A stretch of DNA of 63,576 bases, filler included, from Choristocarpus tenellus KU-1152 (lineage: Eukaryota > Protista > Phaeophyceae): NCBI GenBank assembly GCA_964200185.2. It is 11 parts of 11 records of this genome, joined end to end, with 100 filler letters (N's around TTAATTAATTAA, not from the genome) between each part and the next. Parts side by side here need not be neighbours in the genome. Positions count along the whole stretch, not along the records: positions 1 to 19,275 come from CAXNAD020000479.1; positions 19,376 to 24,548 come from CAXNAD020011620.1; positions 24,649 to 27,610 come from CAXNAD020023328.1; 8 more parts are not named here. The stretch is one strand, 5' to 3'. Positions within the stretch are counted from its first letter, which is position 1; every line of letters begins with the position of its first letter. Shown here in pieces: positions 12,023 through 25,099 of the stretch. The notes beneath the pieces were generated by a model that was not told the DNA's origin, searched no databases, and saw only the letters and a list, made by a program, of their open reading frames with translations. Both the position numbers and the translations under genes were made by a program.

Positions 12023-14975
12023 ATGTCCGACATACCTGTCTCAGAGCGCTCAGCTCTGTTGAGGAAAGCCCCACCAAGACGCTCAGTGTCATTGGTGAGG
12101 AGTGCTTTCTTCATTTCCTCCTGTAATGATTGTGGCGTTTATTTCCTTCCCATAATGGGAATAGTTGGACCTTACCGTTTCGAACCTGTTCACCCTGCTT
12201 GTCGTGGCCCTTCCGCTGTTTTTTTTCAACACTCGGGCCCTAATGACCATAGCATGGCAGCATTGACGGCTCTAAAAGTCGAGCTGGACGTCCTGCTCTT
12301 CCCAAGTTGCAGTCCTATTCTGTCAACCGTTTTCTATCGTCACAAAGTTTTGCGGATGAAGGCGGTGTGAATTTGGATGGACTAAGGTACGCTCCTAGCC
12401 CATGGGTTCCTCCCGGTCGGTACTCATGACGCAGGCCTTCAAGAGACTTGGTGACATTGTATCTGCTTTGTTCCAGTGTTTCGGTTTTCGATGTCCCTCT
12501 AGTTTCAAAGCCCACGACTGATATTTCGCGATTGATACAACCGACAATGAAATGATCCGTTGAAGAGTCCGCCTTGGTTCAACCCCCCACAGGCTTTCCT
12601 TTGCCGCCAAGCTTGTGGCTGCGGCTGTGGATGGTAGGCATGTCTCTTCTGCAGTGGACGTCTTCCGTGGCAAGAAGAGAATGCTCTGTCACCCAGCCTA
12701 TAAGTGAGTGCTAACTTTGAGTGCCGACAGCACCGGACATACTGCTCTTGTATTCCAATGCACAACAGGACTCATTGGCCACTCTTCACTCCACGGATTT
12801 CATGCAATATGCATTTGGCTAAAAAGAATAGAGTAAAACTTTCTTGTGATATTTGATGCATCCCAGTGAGTATTCGTGGATCGTCATATACAAGTTCGAC
12901 ATTCTACCTGCAACTAACAACTTCCTTCTTTGAGGCAATTGGTGCACAATATGCGACTTTTCTAAAAAGGGGAACGTCCAAGCAGCCATTTTTGCCCCAC
13001 GATACTCATTGCTTGCACGCTTACGTTCTGTGCATGAACGGTTAATATACATCGAAAAATGAGCACATTGAAAATATTGGTCCGTAAAGTCTGTCTATAG
13101 CACGGTGAAGCAGTATATAACAATAAGGTGGTGGCACTTGAGGTGTGATCCAACATCTGTCATTAATCTGTGAATCCAAGAAGTGTCCTTAATGTGTTGT
13201 GTTTGTATTGGGTTGACATTGTACCCCCAGGGAAAGAGAGAACCTGTACCTTCCCTTGGGAGAAGAAAGTCAGGAAGTTTTAATGAGAGTTCAATACCAG
13301 TGGAAAATGAAAATGCACCTTTCAGGATATGGAATATTCGGCGTTGAGGTTGAAGAGTGAACACATCGCATTGATTGAGTTTAATGAAGGGCTAGTCATA
13401 TTGGTTTACTGCTGCCATTTTTTGTGCCTTATCCCCCACTCAAGTATATATAATCCACATAATCATTCTTCCTATCATTATTATACACCTTGTGGTGTCT
13501 CCTGCAACAAGGCATAAACTCATTGAAGTGTACTGCTCACGTACCCACGGTAACTGATAGTAGTGGACAGAAGAGTACGCGAGCGCCTTGTTATCAACAT
13601 ACACACACGCCTCCTTGGTTACACAACAGACAACAGCATCAAAGCAAGCCGTGAAGGTTAACTGCATATGGCACATTCTGTATTTTCCGCCCAGATCTTG
13701 TATACACTATACACTTACTGGCACTCGCTGCCCTACCCTTTTCCACAGCAAGTGCATAGTCTCTGTGGTCCTTGCTCACATGTCCCTGGCCTTCTGGGAG
13801 GGGGCAGACTCTCCCATGAGTGCGTGGGTGCTGGCAGCAGAGGCGTTTGTCACGGTGGTGTATGTGTCCCACATATTACTCAACCTGTCTACTTTTGGGT
13901 TGGGTCAGTTCAGGTGATTTGAGGTTCTGTCTTCCCCCCCACATTCACTCAAATCTTTGACTCACACCCAATCTCTAAAGAATATCTGAAAAAGCTGTGA
14001 AAATAAAACAGAACCTCTGAATAGATATATTTAGATACATACATTTAGATACACATATATATATACATATATATGCGGTCCAGTGTTGTTGTGGTCTTTC
14101 CGACTTTGTAGTATTTCCATATGTACACACACATATGCCGCTCATGTGTACATAAACACCATCTTATCTTCAGTGTTGAAATGCAACCCCTTGTGCAATA
14201 GCAATTCTGGACTCCTTCTACAAAATTTTAATTCCAAGGATGTCAAGTACCTGTTTTTTTACAACAATAACAAGAGCGTTACTTGGTGCTTCAAGGACCT
14301 GAGACCTTAGCAAAAAATAAAATAAAAATGATGCCACGTGTAACAGCGCTCACCGTAGAGATACATTGGATCTCTTTGGACCGAATCTGTCTCTCTCAAC
14401 TGTGTTCCAGCACGATTATATTTGATCACAAGGCACAGAGATAGATCCAGCCATTGTGAGCCTTTGAGTGGGAAGAGCTGTTGTTCTTTTTTTTCCGTGC
14501 ACAATACTCTGCGGGTGGACAGTTTTTTTTTTTTTTAAGATGTGTTCCATTTTTTTTTATCACGGGAGAGACCTCTCAGTGGGATGTCCTCAGTTGTGGG
14601 TCACGGTGTGTGTCTACTTGTGCATGGAGTGATACTGTCGAAGAGCAGGGTGTTGAGTTGCAAGGGTTAGAGTTAGGATTAGGATTAGGGTTAAATTCCT
14701 TGTGGTGCGTGTATTCTGAGCACTGTGGAGGGCACTTTTTGTGGAGAATGTGTTACGCATAATTCCTAATCTTCTACAGTCAAAGTTCTCAGGGTTAGGG
14801 TTAAGGTTAGGGTTAAACTTCATTCCAGGCGTGAATATATTGATGAGTGCATATTGCAGAGGGTTTGAGAATAACGACTCTAACTCATTGGAGCCAAGAT
14901 CGCCCCCAGCCTTGGATGCTTTCACTCAATTTTATTTATTTGTTTGTTTATGTGTGTAATGTAATCTCTCTCTCG

Positions 14976-15019
<44 letters not shown>

Positions 15020-18000
15020 AGCTCCCATCAAGTGTATGAAAAGTGTATGAAAAGTGTCACTCATTATCTCATATCTCAGCAAGAAAAAGCTTTTCCAAGG
15101 GTTGGACAGAGATGATCGTGGAAATGATTTGTCCACAGTTTCGATAGACATTTCCACCTACTGTGTGACTGGAAGGGCTCTTACCAGGGATTTCAAAAAC
15201 GAGGTCTTAGTATTCACTGTTCTTTGGGGTCCTCTACTTGGTGTTGTCCACAAATGTTCAGAATATCATATTTGAACTGACCAATTGGAGAGTGATCTTC
15301 ACGATTGATGAAGGTGAAAAATCAGGTTCAAAAAAATTGTTCAAGGGAGTGAGTTACACTAAAATAGATGGTGCATGAATCTGAAGTATATTTTGGCTTG
15401 TAGGAAGCAGTAGTAAAATTGTTCCTACAAAACTCCTGTTTGTTAGTAAACTGAAGAAGTCTGGCTGGTGGGACTATTAGCCGTATGCTATGGGTTATTA
15501 ACTACTTCAGGTGTACTCAGTGTACTTACAATGGTTGGGACAATGAGAAGAGTTAATGTATGTGGCAGACTGATCTATTGGGTGTGGTGTGGGCTATATA
15601 CAAGTACATGAATGAGTTATGTTAAGGCGATTTGAAGCATGTAGTATTAATAGTGCAGTGGTTGCAAGAGATGCTCTTGAATGCGACATACTCTAGTTTT
15701 TTTGTGATCCTGGTATATCATTAGTAGTAATAATTTTTATTATTGAGAGTAGTATTAATGTTGACTATAGTTTGGTCAAGTATTGAGAACAATATCAGAG
15801 GTCATGGATTCAAACCTTGCCATGAGTATCCTGTTTCCCGACTCATTTTATCCATGAGATGAAAAAAGCACCGGCTCTATTATGCTATGGCAGGATGCTG
15901 GTTAACTATCAGCAGAGATCTGATAGCAACAGGGAGAATGGGAAGCACGAAAAATTAGGTAACCTTTTGGGGAGTGGAAATGACTAGTGGGGTGATGGCC
16001 CTCAGATTCAACTGGGTAGCACCCCTGCATCTGGTCTTGTCAAGTTAGAGTATTGGGATGGATGGATAGTGTATACTAGGGCAGTGAGGTGTGTAAGGAA
16101 GTTGCTTCTCCAAAGGACAGTTGAATCTCAGTCTTTAATAAATCCTCGCAAAGTATGCAGTGTGGGGCATGATGTGATAGCAAAGATAAATGGAAGGGGA
16201 TCTTGAATTTGATGTGTCATATGTGCAAGAACATAGTGATAGTTTGTTGTTCTTATGACATTTATTGTTACTATTGATTGCTTACATTTTTTTTTTTTAT
16301 CAATGTATCTATAATATTATTATTCTTTTTTTAGCATTTTCAAGATACGATACTAGTAGCTATTTATTTTTATTTTTTCTCTTTGAGAATTTTTATTTTT
16401 TAAACTAATGTTACAGAGATTTAAAATACTGCTACTGCGCTGTTGTGGCCTCAGGGATAAGCGATGGCATGCAACCTTCACCATCCTGGCCATAGTCCAC
16501 ATCTTGCTTTGCATTGGTGCTCTCTGTGCCACGGGATGGGAGGAAGGTTTGCTAGAGGAGGGGAGGCGTACCTGGTGTGGAAGCCCAATAGAGTGGGGGG
16601 AAAGCTCAGTGCTCTTGGCAGAGACAGGAGGGTCGTCGGATAGTCGGAGGGAGGATGGGGGGAGGATGGACTGCCCAGCCTTTGTTCTCCTCCTTGGGGC
16701 ACAGTCTCTTCGCCCGTTGCTCCTGATCAGTCAACTGGCAACCATCCGGAGGGTGTTCTCCAATGTGCTCAGGCGTGTTGTTTCGGTGATGATGGGGACG
16801 GTACAACGTGACAAAGTTGATGAATGAATTATATTAATAATATTTGTAGTACAGTAATAATTGATACTATTGATATTTGTAGTGCAGTAATAATTGATAT
16901 TGTTGATATTGTAGTACAGTAGCTATTGATTGTAGTAGACTTTGGAGTAATAGTGTACTTAAACATATGTTTTTTTTAAACAAAGGTTGAACGTTTCTTT
17001 TTTCTGGGGGGGGAAGAGGGTAATTTTTTTGTTGGTTTTGTAGTGAGATGGTGTGTGTTGGTTGTAAAGGGGCGGGTATATACTTGTGGGGAATGCATAC
17101 ATATTATGGGTGTAATATGATATCATGTAATATGTACAGCAATGATGGTCGCATGTTGCTGTTGGTGTGTGGTGTGTGTCTTGCCTGTAATGTCATTGTT
17201 GCTGTCGATGTGTGCATCTTGGTAGGTCTGATTTGATATCAATGGACTATTTCTAGTTTGGACAAGATGTCAGGATGAGATTGCAAGTGATAGTAATTAC
17301 AATAACATACTGATGTGGAACTATTGAATGTAGTAAGCATTGAATAATCACAGTAGTGTCAAAAGTTCCAAGTATTGAGGATAATTATTATTATGAGATG
17401 AAGGTAGTAAAAATTATTCTTATTTTTGTACGTACTAGTTATGGAAATAGTAAACAATATAATATGTAAGTTGATATATTATCATGAACGGAATTTTTAC
17501 TTGTATTAGAATATAGTGGGTAGGATAAGTATTTAAGATCTGATGTGCTTTTTTATATTATATTTATATATATTATATGCAATTTTTTTTTAGAACATAT
17601 TATTAATATTCTAGTTTTGTAGATGTTGTCACTTGCATGCAAGTTGTAGTTAGGGTTAGGGTATATTTTGTTTTTCTGGACAACTCACACCAATATGATA
17701 TGTTGGGACAAGAAAGCCCCCCATGCTTTGTGGTGTTCTTATTATTGTTCATAAAATTGGTACATTTTTTTTTAATAAGTGTTTCTCCTCCCTCAGTGGG
17801 AGCAGTTGACAGAAGCAGCACAGCTGGTAATTGGATCTTGATATTGGTGTCCCTTTGTGACTATTATTATCATCGTTGGATTTTTAATACTACATATTTT
17901 GAATTAATACTCGCTGAGAGGTGAACATATTTTGGCTGTGTACATTGTATACATACATATATTTTTTTTGTTCCCTTTGGAATATACCATATTTTCATTT

Positions 18001-19031
18001 TTTTTTGTTCACAACAGAGACCCCCAGAGAGGAAGGTGTCACTGCTGAAAACCTGAAAAGATAACTCCAATTGAGCCGGCAGGCCCTTTGTATAATTTAC
18101 AAAAAAAAAAAATGCCTTTTTGGTCATTCCTGAAGATCCATATATTGCAACCATGTCTATACCTCTCGCTTAGTGTATCTTTTTTTGTCGTAGTACTTAC
18201 CAATATTTGTTTTAGTTTTTTGCAAATGTTGAGATTTAGGGTAGGGCCCTGATTTTTTCCTATGTCTGCCCATGATGCTGACCTTTTTCCCTGAGTATAT
18301 TAGCAGTGAATGCATTCTTTGCCTACATCATTATGTATTCCTTTTTTTTCATCTTACCCTGTAGTGTGTTTTATTCTCCATTTGGAAACCTCTCCGATAC
18401 AGATTGCCTTTAAAGTGTCCTTTGGTGTAGAGGCCTGTGAAAAGAGCCACATTGGTTGGTGGTGTGTGTTTTTCTCTTTTCAATTTTTTTTTTTTTAGGG
18501 CTTCTTCAGCAAGATATAGATACAGATGTATTGTTTGTGTTGCACTATTTTGAATTATTAATCTAGAATAATAAAACACAACACTGCGTAGTATTTTTTT
18601 TTTTAATCTTGGTTTGAAGAGTTGTGCCCCACTTGTTTATTATTTTGTCTTGATGGTACAATAGACAACATCCGTATGCTTCGAAGTGTATAATAATTCT
18701 TTTGTCCGCAGTTGCACGTCTGAATTTGAAACTAGACCAGGAGCAAGGTATTCCGATACCATATCACACTACATCATACCACAACACATCATATCACCTT
18801 TTCCTACCGCCACACTTGGGACTGTTTGAGAAGAAATATCCTCCTCTCTTCTTGTTTTTAGCCTGCAGATGCATTGACCCAAGAGATCGATTACGATCTG
18901 TAACCTATGAGGGCATGTCCATGTCTGCCGTTTCCAGGACTATGCTGGAGACCAAGGCGATCCTCACGCTAGGCTTTGTGGTGCTGACGTTTTATTCTGT
19001 TCTGGGCATTAATCTGTTCAACAGCGGTCAG
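12023..19031 (+). CDS. Two-pore channel (TPC)-like cation channel, N-terminus to S5 of domain I, 3' truncated at the contig end
   Basis: Exons 12023-12094, 12313-12386, 12593-12703, 13749-13913, 16455-16772 and 18938-19031 join in phase if the fifth intron has a GC donor. The protein has an N-terminal dileucine motif ERSALL, a pre-S1 helix FAAKLVAAAVDG, S1 ending LAFWE, S4 and linker SLRPLLLISQLATIRRVFSNVLRTM, and S5 LTFYSVLGINLF. Confidence 0.8.
14663..14816 (+). repeat. Two degenerate interstitial TTAGGG tracts
   Basis: AGGGTTAGAGTTAGGATTAGGATTAGGGTTA and AGGGTTAGGGTTAAGGTTAGGGTTA. Confidence 0.75.
14965..15019 (+). repeat. (CT)n(GT)n compound microsatellite
   Basis: Directly visible. Confidence 0.9.
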
Positions 19032-19275
19032 GTATACCTTGTTTTGTCGATATGACAAGGATTGAGCCGTTGCATCGAAGAGTATAATTTGGGGTAATTT
19101 AATTTTATTATTTTTACTGGGGGGGGGCTTAATGGTACTTGGGCCTGACTGCGCCTTCATTTTTTTTCTTTTCTATTTTATTTACTTTTGCCCTAAGACA
19201 TACTATTGACTGAAACAGAGGGGGGGGGGGGGTTATATAGCTTGGGATGCGTGTTTTCATTTGGGTTTGTTTACT

Positions 19276-19375
19276 NNNNNNNNNNNNNNNNNNNNNNNNN
19301 NNNNNNNNNNNNNNNNNNNTTAATTAATTAANNNNNNNNNNNNNNNNNNNNNNNNNNNNNNNNNNNNNNNNNNNN
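19276..19375. other. Artificial contig spacer (first of ten)
   Basis: N44-TTAATTAATTAA-N44, with stops in all six frames. Others are at 24549-24648, 27611-27710, 32608-32707, 36730-36829, 41381-41480, 47787-47886, 50678-50777, 54671-54770 and 59804-59903. Confidence 0.98.
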
Positions 19376-21104
19376 CATGGACTCAATTCAACACAACAAT
19401 CTCATATACACAAAATAAGGTACACCTCACTATTGTCCTATTTTGCACAACCTGGACAACGGAATGATTTCCGTTGCCGACTCTTTCAGACTGAACCATG
19501 AGATTGCCAACTTTTCTTGACAACTCCGCTACCGTCGCCATAAGCTGTCTGAATTCTTGAACAGATGGACCCTCGGAAGGAACAGGTTCCTGCAATTCTT
19601 GAATCGCATCTCCTCGTGTAGACATGATGAAATGATGAGTTAGAAATCTAAGGTTCAATATATTGTGTTAAAAGTATCTTCCAAATCATCAAAGATGATA
19701 AAAGCGATAAACCCAGCGAGATTGCTTGGTGTCTGTAGAGTGATTGATTAATCTTAAGCGGGGTATGCAACACCCCACAAAATCATAAATATTTGCTTTT
19801 ATATGAGATTTTTTTTAATACAACTAATCACTAGTAAAAGGTTCCGATAACTCAACCACTAATTGATTTTTCCTTTACTCCGTACATATTTTAACGTAAC
19901 TGTCCGATAGAGTTGGAAGAGTCTAATCGAACAGAGTTGGTAGGTATGCCTTCACGGTTTGATTTCAACGTTCTCGTGCCTTTCCCAGCACTTCCTTTTG
20001 CAAGACACCTGGGGTTGAAGAAACAACACTATCTGGTGATATACCTGAGCCTCGATTAAAAGATAACAAGACTCCTAGTGTTCTCACTTAGAAGTGAATA
20101 ATTAGCTGCCTTAACACCCTTTATCGCTCTCCCACACGACTCCAAAATCGATTTTTGGCTCGAAATTATTGCATTATTGATATCGGTCTTGTGTTTATAC
20201 ATTTTATTCTCCGGAGTACATGATTATTGTAGAAACAGAGTGCACAGTGAAGACATTGAGCAGAATGTGTGCCCTAGAAGAATATTATCAGTGGAATGCA
20301 TGATGCAGGTTGTGATGGAGTGCCTTTCATCAGATATTCACATCATTATTTTCTCACCATTTTTGCTGGAATAGGTCAACAACTACACCTCTACGTGGCG
20401 GAAGTAGGCTAGCAGTAACCCTTCAACTATACAGTATTTGAATGCTTTTGTGTCAGCGTCAAATTTTGTGACCCGTTCAGAGACGACGCACCCAATTCCA
20501 TAGGGTGCACGTAAGCCAAACATTCTTGCTTTGAAGTAGAGTTTTGTTCTTAACACATGTCAGTCATTGGTAAGGCGTATGTTTTTCTCGTCGATTCGAT
20601 TCAGTCATCTCCTGGCTCGTTGCCCCACTTTCTCCCTCGCTTGGTAGTGCTTTGGGTTATTTTAAACTGGATCATTGCCATTAAAAGAAGTCTGGCTATG
20701 GAGGGCTCTGAACCCGCAAAATTGATCTAGGGTACAACCTCATCCGTTACTGAACTACGGTGACACTCAGGTGTCTCTCGTCCTTCCGCTCCAATGATTG
20801 ACCCTGCACTACCTTCATACTCCGCAGTATAGTAGCACAATAACTTCAGCGTTTTGACAGCTCATGTGATAGAAAAATATATTTTGTCCTATGACATTTT
20901 GAAGATGTGTCAGGGAAAGGTCAAACCAATATAATGGAACAGGAAAATCATTAGTAATGTGAATGATAGGGTATGATTCAACAGGAACTGAATCAGAATC
21001 CCTACAGGGTTGCTCCTTTAGTGCAACAAGTTACTCCCATGGCATTGCTATGCCGAGTCATACGGCGGACTCCTATGATACCTGTATCATCGTACTCAAA
21101 AGTG

Positions 21105-21280
21105 GCATACTTCTATATTGCATGGTGACCTCCAAAGCCCTACAATAGGTGCAGTCTACCTTTGGACCTCAGGGGGTTGTTTCCTCCCGAAGCTATCTGG
21201 ATGACACATCCATTTCGGCAAGGGAGATCAACCTCAACACCATAGCTGCTTTCGAGCAGGTAAAAACTGATCTTCATGTA
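21105..21280 (+). mobile_element. Second fragment of the same non-LTR RT family
   Basis: VQSTFGPQGVVSSRSYLDDTSISAREI is a diverged copy of about 54255-54425. Confidence 0.7.
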
Positions 21281-21374
21281 TATATAGTGCCAGTTGAGGA
21301 GTATAGTATTATATACCTGTATGTGTCCTCGTATGTCCCTTGTTTTCAAAGAGTCAAAGCAATTGAGAGGTACG

Positions 21375-22071
21375 CAGGGCTGCATTTTAAGGATCCCAAG
21401 AAATGGCTAAAAAAAAGTAATTTTGTACTATTACAGAAAGAGGCTTTTTGGTGTCACTGTGTGTGTGGAAAGGTTAATATCAATTATGCATACAGAGTAA
21501 TTGTGTACACATAAAGCAACGAGAAATTGAGTGTGTTGCACAGGGTAAGAACGATAGCCTAAGAATGCAAAAGGTTCCAATCCTGGCCACCTCTCATTAG
21601 GTTTTGCTCCGATACTCTACAATTGTCATCATTGGGATATCTGAAAGGTCTTTATAACAACAAACGATTACTAATTCGGTTGATGTCGTATCTGTTGTTG
21701 TATTCTTGTATTACGTGTATTTTGCCAGCTTCTTTGGCACAGTTTTGTTTTGATTAGTTATTTTCGATTGTGAAGGACCCCCAAATGAGATTAATGCATT
21801 TGGTTCACTGGCTACCTGTGACATAATGGCGTCTCCAAGTACCACATCAATTGAGAGGTAGGCAAGTTTGGATCTTTTTGCATTCCAAGCCATCTCCTTA
21901 CCCTGTGAATACTATTGCGTTGCTATATTTGCACAATATTGTACGCAAAATGATATCCCCCCTCTCCACACACAACGTGACACCACGATTCAGCAAAGGC
22001 CCTTTCTACAATTATTGTACGAATTGGCATCTCTTCTTGCCCCTTGTCCATATCCTTGAAGTGCAACCCTG
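21375..22071. mobile_element. Possible ~700-bp TIR element with CAGGG termini (hAT-like)
   Basis: CAGGGCTGCATTTTAAGGAT / ATCCTTGAAGTGCAACCCTG imperfect inverted repeat. The left part recurs at about 22760-22990. No clear TSD. Confidence 0.35.
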
Positions 22072-24328
22072 CCTGCCTCTCGGTTGGTTTGACTTGTGAC
22101 ACCCCCAAATTCTCAGAGAAATCATTTTTTTAGATACACTTACGGTATTGGGAGTCATCTATTTTGGGTTCCAAATTGCAAGTGCCACCATATCTGCCAA
22201 CAATGCCAAGAGGGAGTTACAACTTGTGGGTAATATTCCTCACACAACCAAAACTAGTTCAGAATTCTATCACCTCATACCCCTTTGCGTAGTGGACGAC
22301 AACATGTGCATTCATTTTTGTGCATATGCGAACCTACAGGGGTCAGGACTTTCATCCATTGGACAATTCTGCCTTGTTAAAACCTAGGTGATGCAGTAGT
22401 AAGTTGCAGTATCCACGCACTCATCAATGCCACAAGGACACAGAGTGATTGTTGAATTCATTCTTTGCCTTTACTTGTTATCTGTGCACTTGCATGCTTC
22501 CTATTTCTAAATATATGTACCCTTATCTGGTTCCTCCTTCCAAATTCAAAACCTCATATATATATATATATACCCCACAGTGATTCCCTACAGGCATTTA
22601 GTCACTCATACCAACAAGTTAACGTCATCGTTGAGAGGCAGATTTCGTTGTCACACAGGGGCGGTCTTAAGACTATCTTTGTTCGTTCTATTATTCTACG
22701 ACGGTCATGAGACAACCGGTATATTTATTATTGAGTCAAACCAACTGAGAGTTAGGCTGGCTTGCATTTTTTTAGGATCCCGAGAAAAGGGAAAAATATT
22801 AAATTTTGTGCAATTTCAGAGTCTTTCCTTATTTTATGGTGTAAATTTGTGTGTGAAAAGGAGAAATATCAATTTTGCGTCCACTATCATGCACATAAAC
22901 CAATGAAAACAGTGTATTGCACAGAGTAAGAAAGTTAGTTAGAATGCAAAAGGGTCCGAACCTCCCTACCTCTCAATTGGTCTAGGTCATCATTACAATC
23001 AACCAGTATCGCCACCCCCTCAAATCTTTATGGCATACGCATTTACTGCTATTATTGTCACTCAGAAGTATCTCTGGGAGTACGGAGCTGGGAAACATTA
23101 GAGTACGGCACTGGTTGTGTCTCCTGTGGAGCCCTGTTTACCGTTGAGCTTATTACCTCGTGCTTACGCCATGCTCTGCCTCTTCTTGAGTTGTTGGAAT
23201 CTGATGCCTGCTCTGTGAAGAGTACAGTATTCCCTATTTCGTTGTTTAGAAGTGTTTCGGCTACTGTAGGTATAAGAAGGTAGTGATGGACTGTTCCCTA
23301 CAATCAATTTGAGGAGTATAAATTTCGACTCCCTTGGGCACATGCACGACAGAGAGAGTCAAGGTGGTGGTGAGGGAGTTTTATTTTGGGTTGAAATTCC
23401 GGAAGTGTCAACTGAGGGCAAGCATACTGGAAGTTTGATCTTGCTTATTACACTACGTTTTGGCATTGGAATGGAGTGTTAAAGAATTGATGCTATTAGT
23501 GGTTGATGCAGGTTTGATGAACATCGTTTAAGGGAGATGATGGCCTTTCTGGAAGAACCCATTGATGGCTAGGAATGCATGGAGTCTCTGTCAGGCAATG
23601 TCTAGTAAAGGAGTGTGCAAGCTTGCTCCCTGGGTTAGCACCCATGACGATCATTCATGTACTGCAATATATATTTGTATGTCGTAATATACTTACATTT
23701 GCATCACCATGTGTTCTTATCTTGTAACAGTTCGCCACGTTGGTCTCATCTGGTGTTACATTGATGTTTCCGATGCAAAATATTGTTTCTTCTGCTTTTG
23801 TATCGAATGCATCCAATATAATTGGAATCTTTGGTTCGAAATGTGTGTGAACGTCCATAAACAATGCTGCAGGCAGGATGCTTGACTATTGGTTCTTTCG
23901 AGTGGGCTGATCTATCGCACTATACCCATCTCTTCACTGTGTGAGTTCTATTGTCGCAAAGGTATTGGGGAGCACCTCAACGAGTCCTGTGTACAAGGCA
24001 TGCGGTGCCTTGCGCCAAGGATACTATTTAAGTTTGTATGGAACTAGGCTAGTTTTGATACTGAGCTGCCAACAGCTAGGATGTACTAATCCTGCCTCGC
24101 TCTCTACCTCTTCAACCTTTGAGTTAGATCTTGTGACCATGTTTTGCTCTTCTCACGTATGAAAGTCGTCATGAGACTGAACTGTGCGCTGAGTTTTCCT
24201 ACGCATTCTGAAGAACCAGTTTGCTGCATTAGTAGATCTCTAAGCGTCTGCTTCCACAGCTTCCAAGGTTCTGATACATGTGCCAATGGAGGTAAAGAGT
24301 ATGTTGGTACATCCGTTGACCCATTCAT

Positions 24329-24509
24329 GGATCAAAGTATCTGGGAGGGGCTGGTGGCTGTCCATTTGGGGTCAATTTTTTCATATCGCAATTTTTGGGT
24401 GATTTGGCTGCCATACGTCGGATGGATACTGCAAATGCACTTTTCCCGATTTTGGTCGAAATGGACACCCTCGTGTAGACCCCCCCTACCCCCCCAGATA
24501 CTTTGGGTC
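24329..24509. mobile_element. Complete 181-bp non-autonomous TIR element (MITE family A, Sola2-like)
   Basis: Termini GGATCAAAGTATCTGGG and CCCAGATACTTTGGGTC, inner inverted repeat TGTCCATTT/AAATGGACA, and a perfect 4-bp TSD TCAT (24325-28, 24510-13). Confidence 0.85.
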
Positions 24510-25099
24510 TCATGCCAAAACTGTCAACTCGTAACCAGGTGTGAATTGNNNNNNNNNNNNNNNNNNNNNNNNNNNNNNNNNNNNNNNNNNNNTTAATTAA
24601 TTAANNNNNNNNNNNNNNNNNNNNNNNNNNNNNNNNNNNNNNNNNNNNACCGTGCCTTTGAGCTAGAAGACATCTACCCCGCTGGAACTTGACCTCCCCC
24701 CCCCCTTTACACAGTGTTCCCGTCGGTCGTGAGCAAGCGACAAGGTGGGTGAGCGGGAGAGCTTGCTCGGAGGTTGTCTTGGTCTCACCCTCCTCGTCCT
24801 GTACCCCTGGTTCTCAGCCCTCTTATTAAATACTGAACACTCCTTCCCCTTCCCTCTTCCTACCATTCATTTATTTTTACATTTTCCCCCTTCTCTTAGC
24901 CAGTCATTCCTTAACTATTCTTTCTCTTCCTGCTTCCTTCTTTTTCTTTCCACTACCTTCCCTTGTCCTGTGCCCCCCGCCAACCAGAATTCTTCCGCCC
25001 ACAAAACTCAGATTACTTATTAACCTTCACACTAAACTAAAACAGAGCATTAATGATCTCATAAAAGAGTTATCCAATCGAAGCGACCGATTTATCCCA

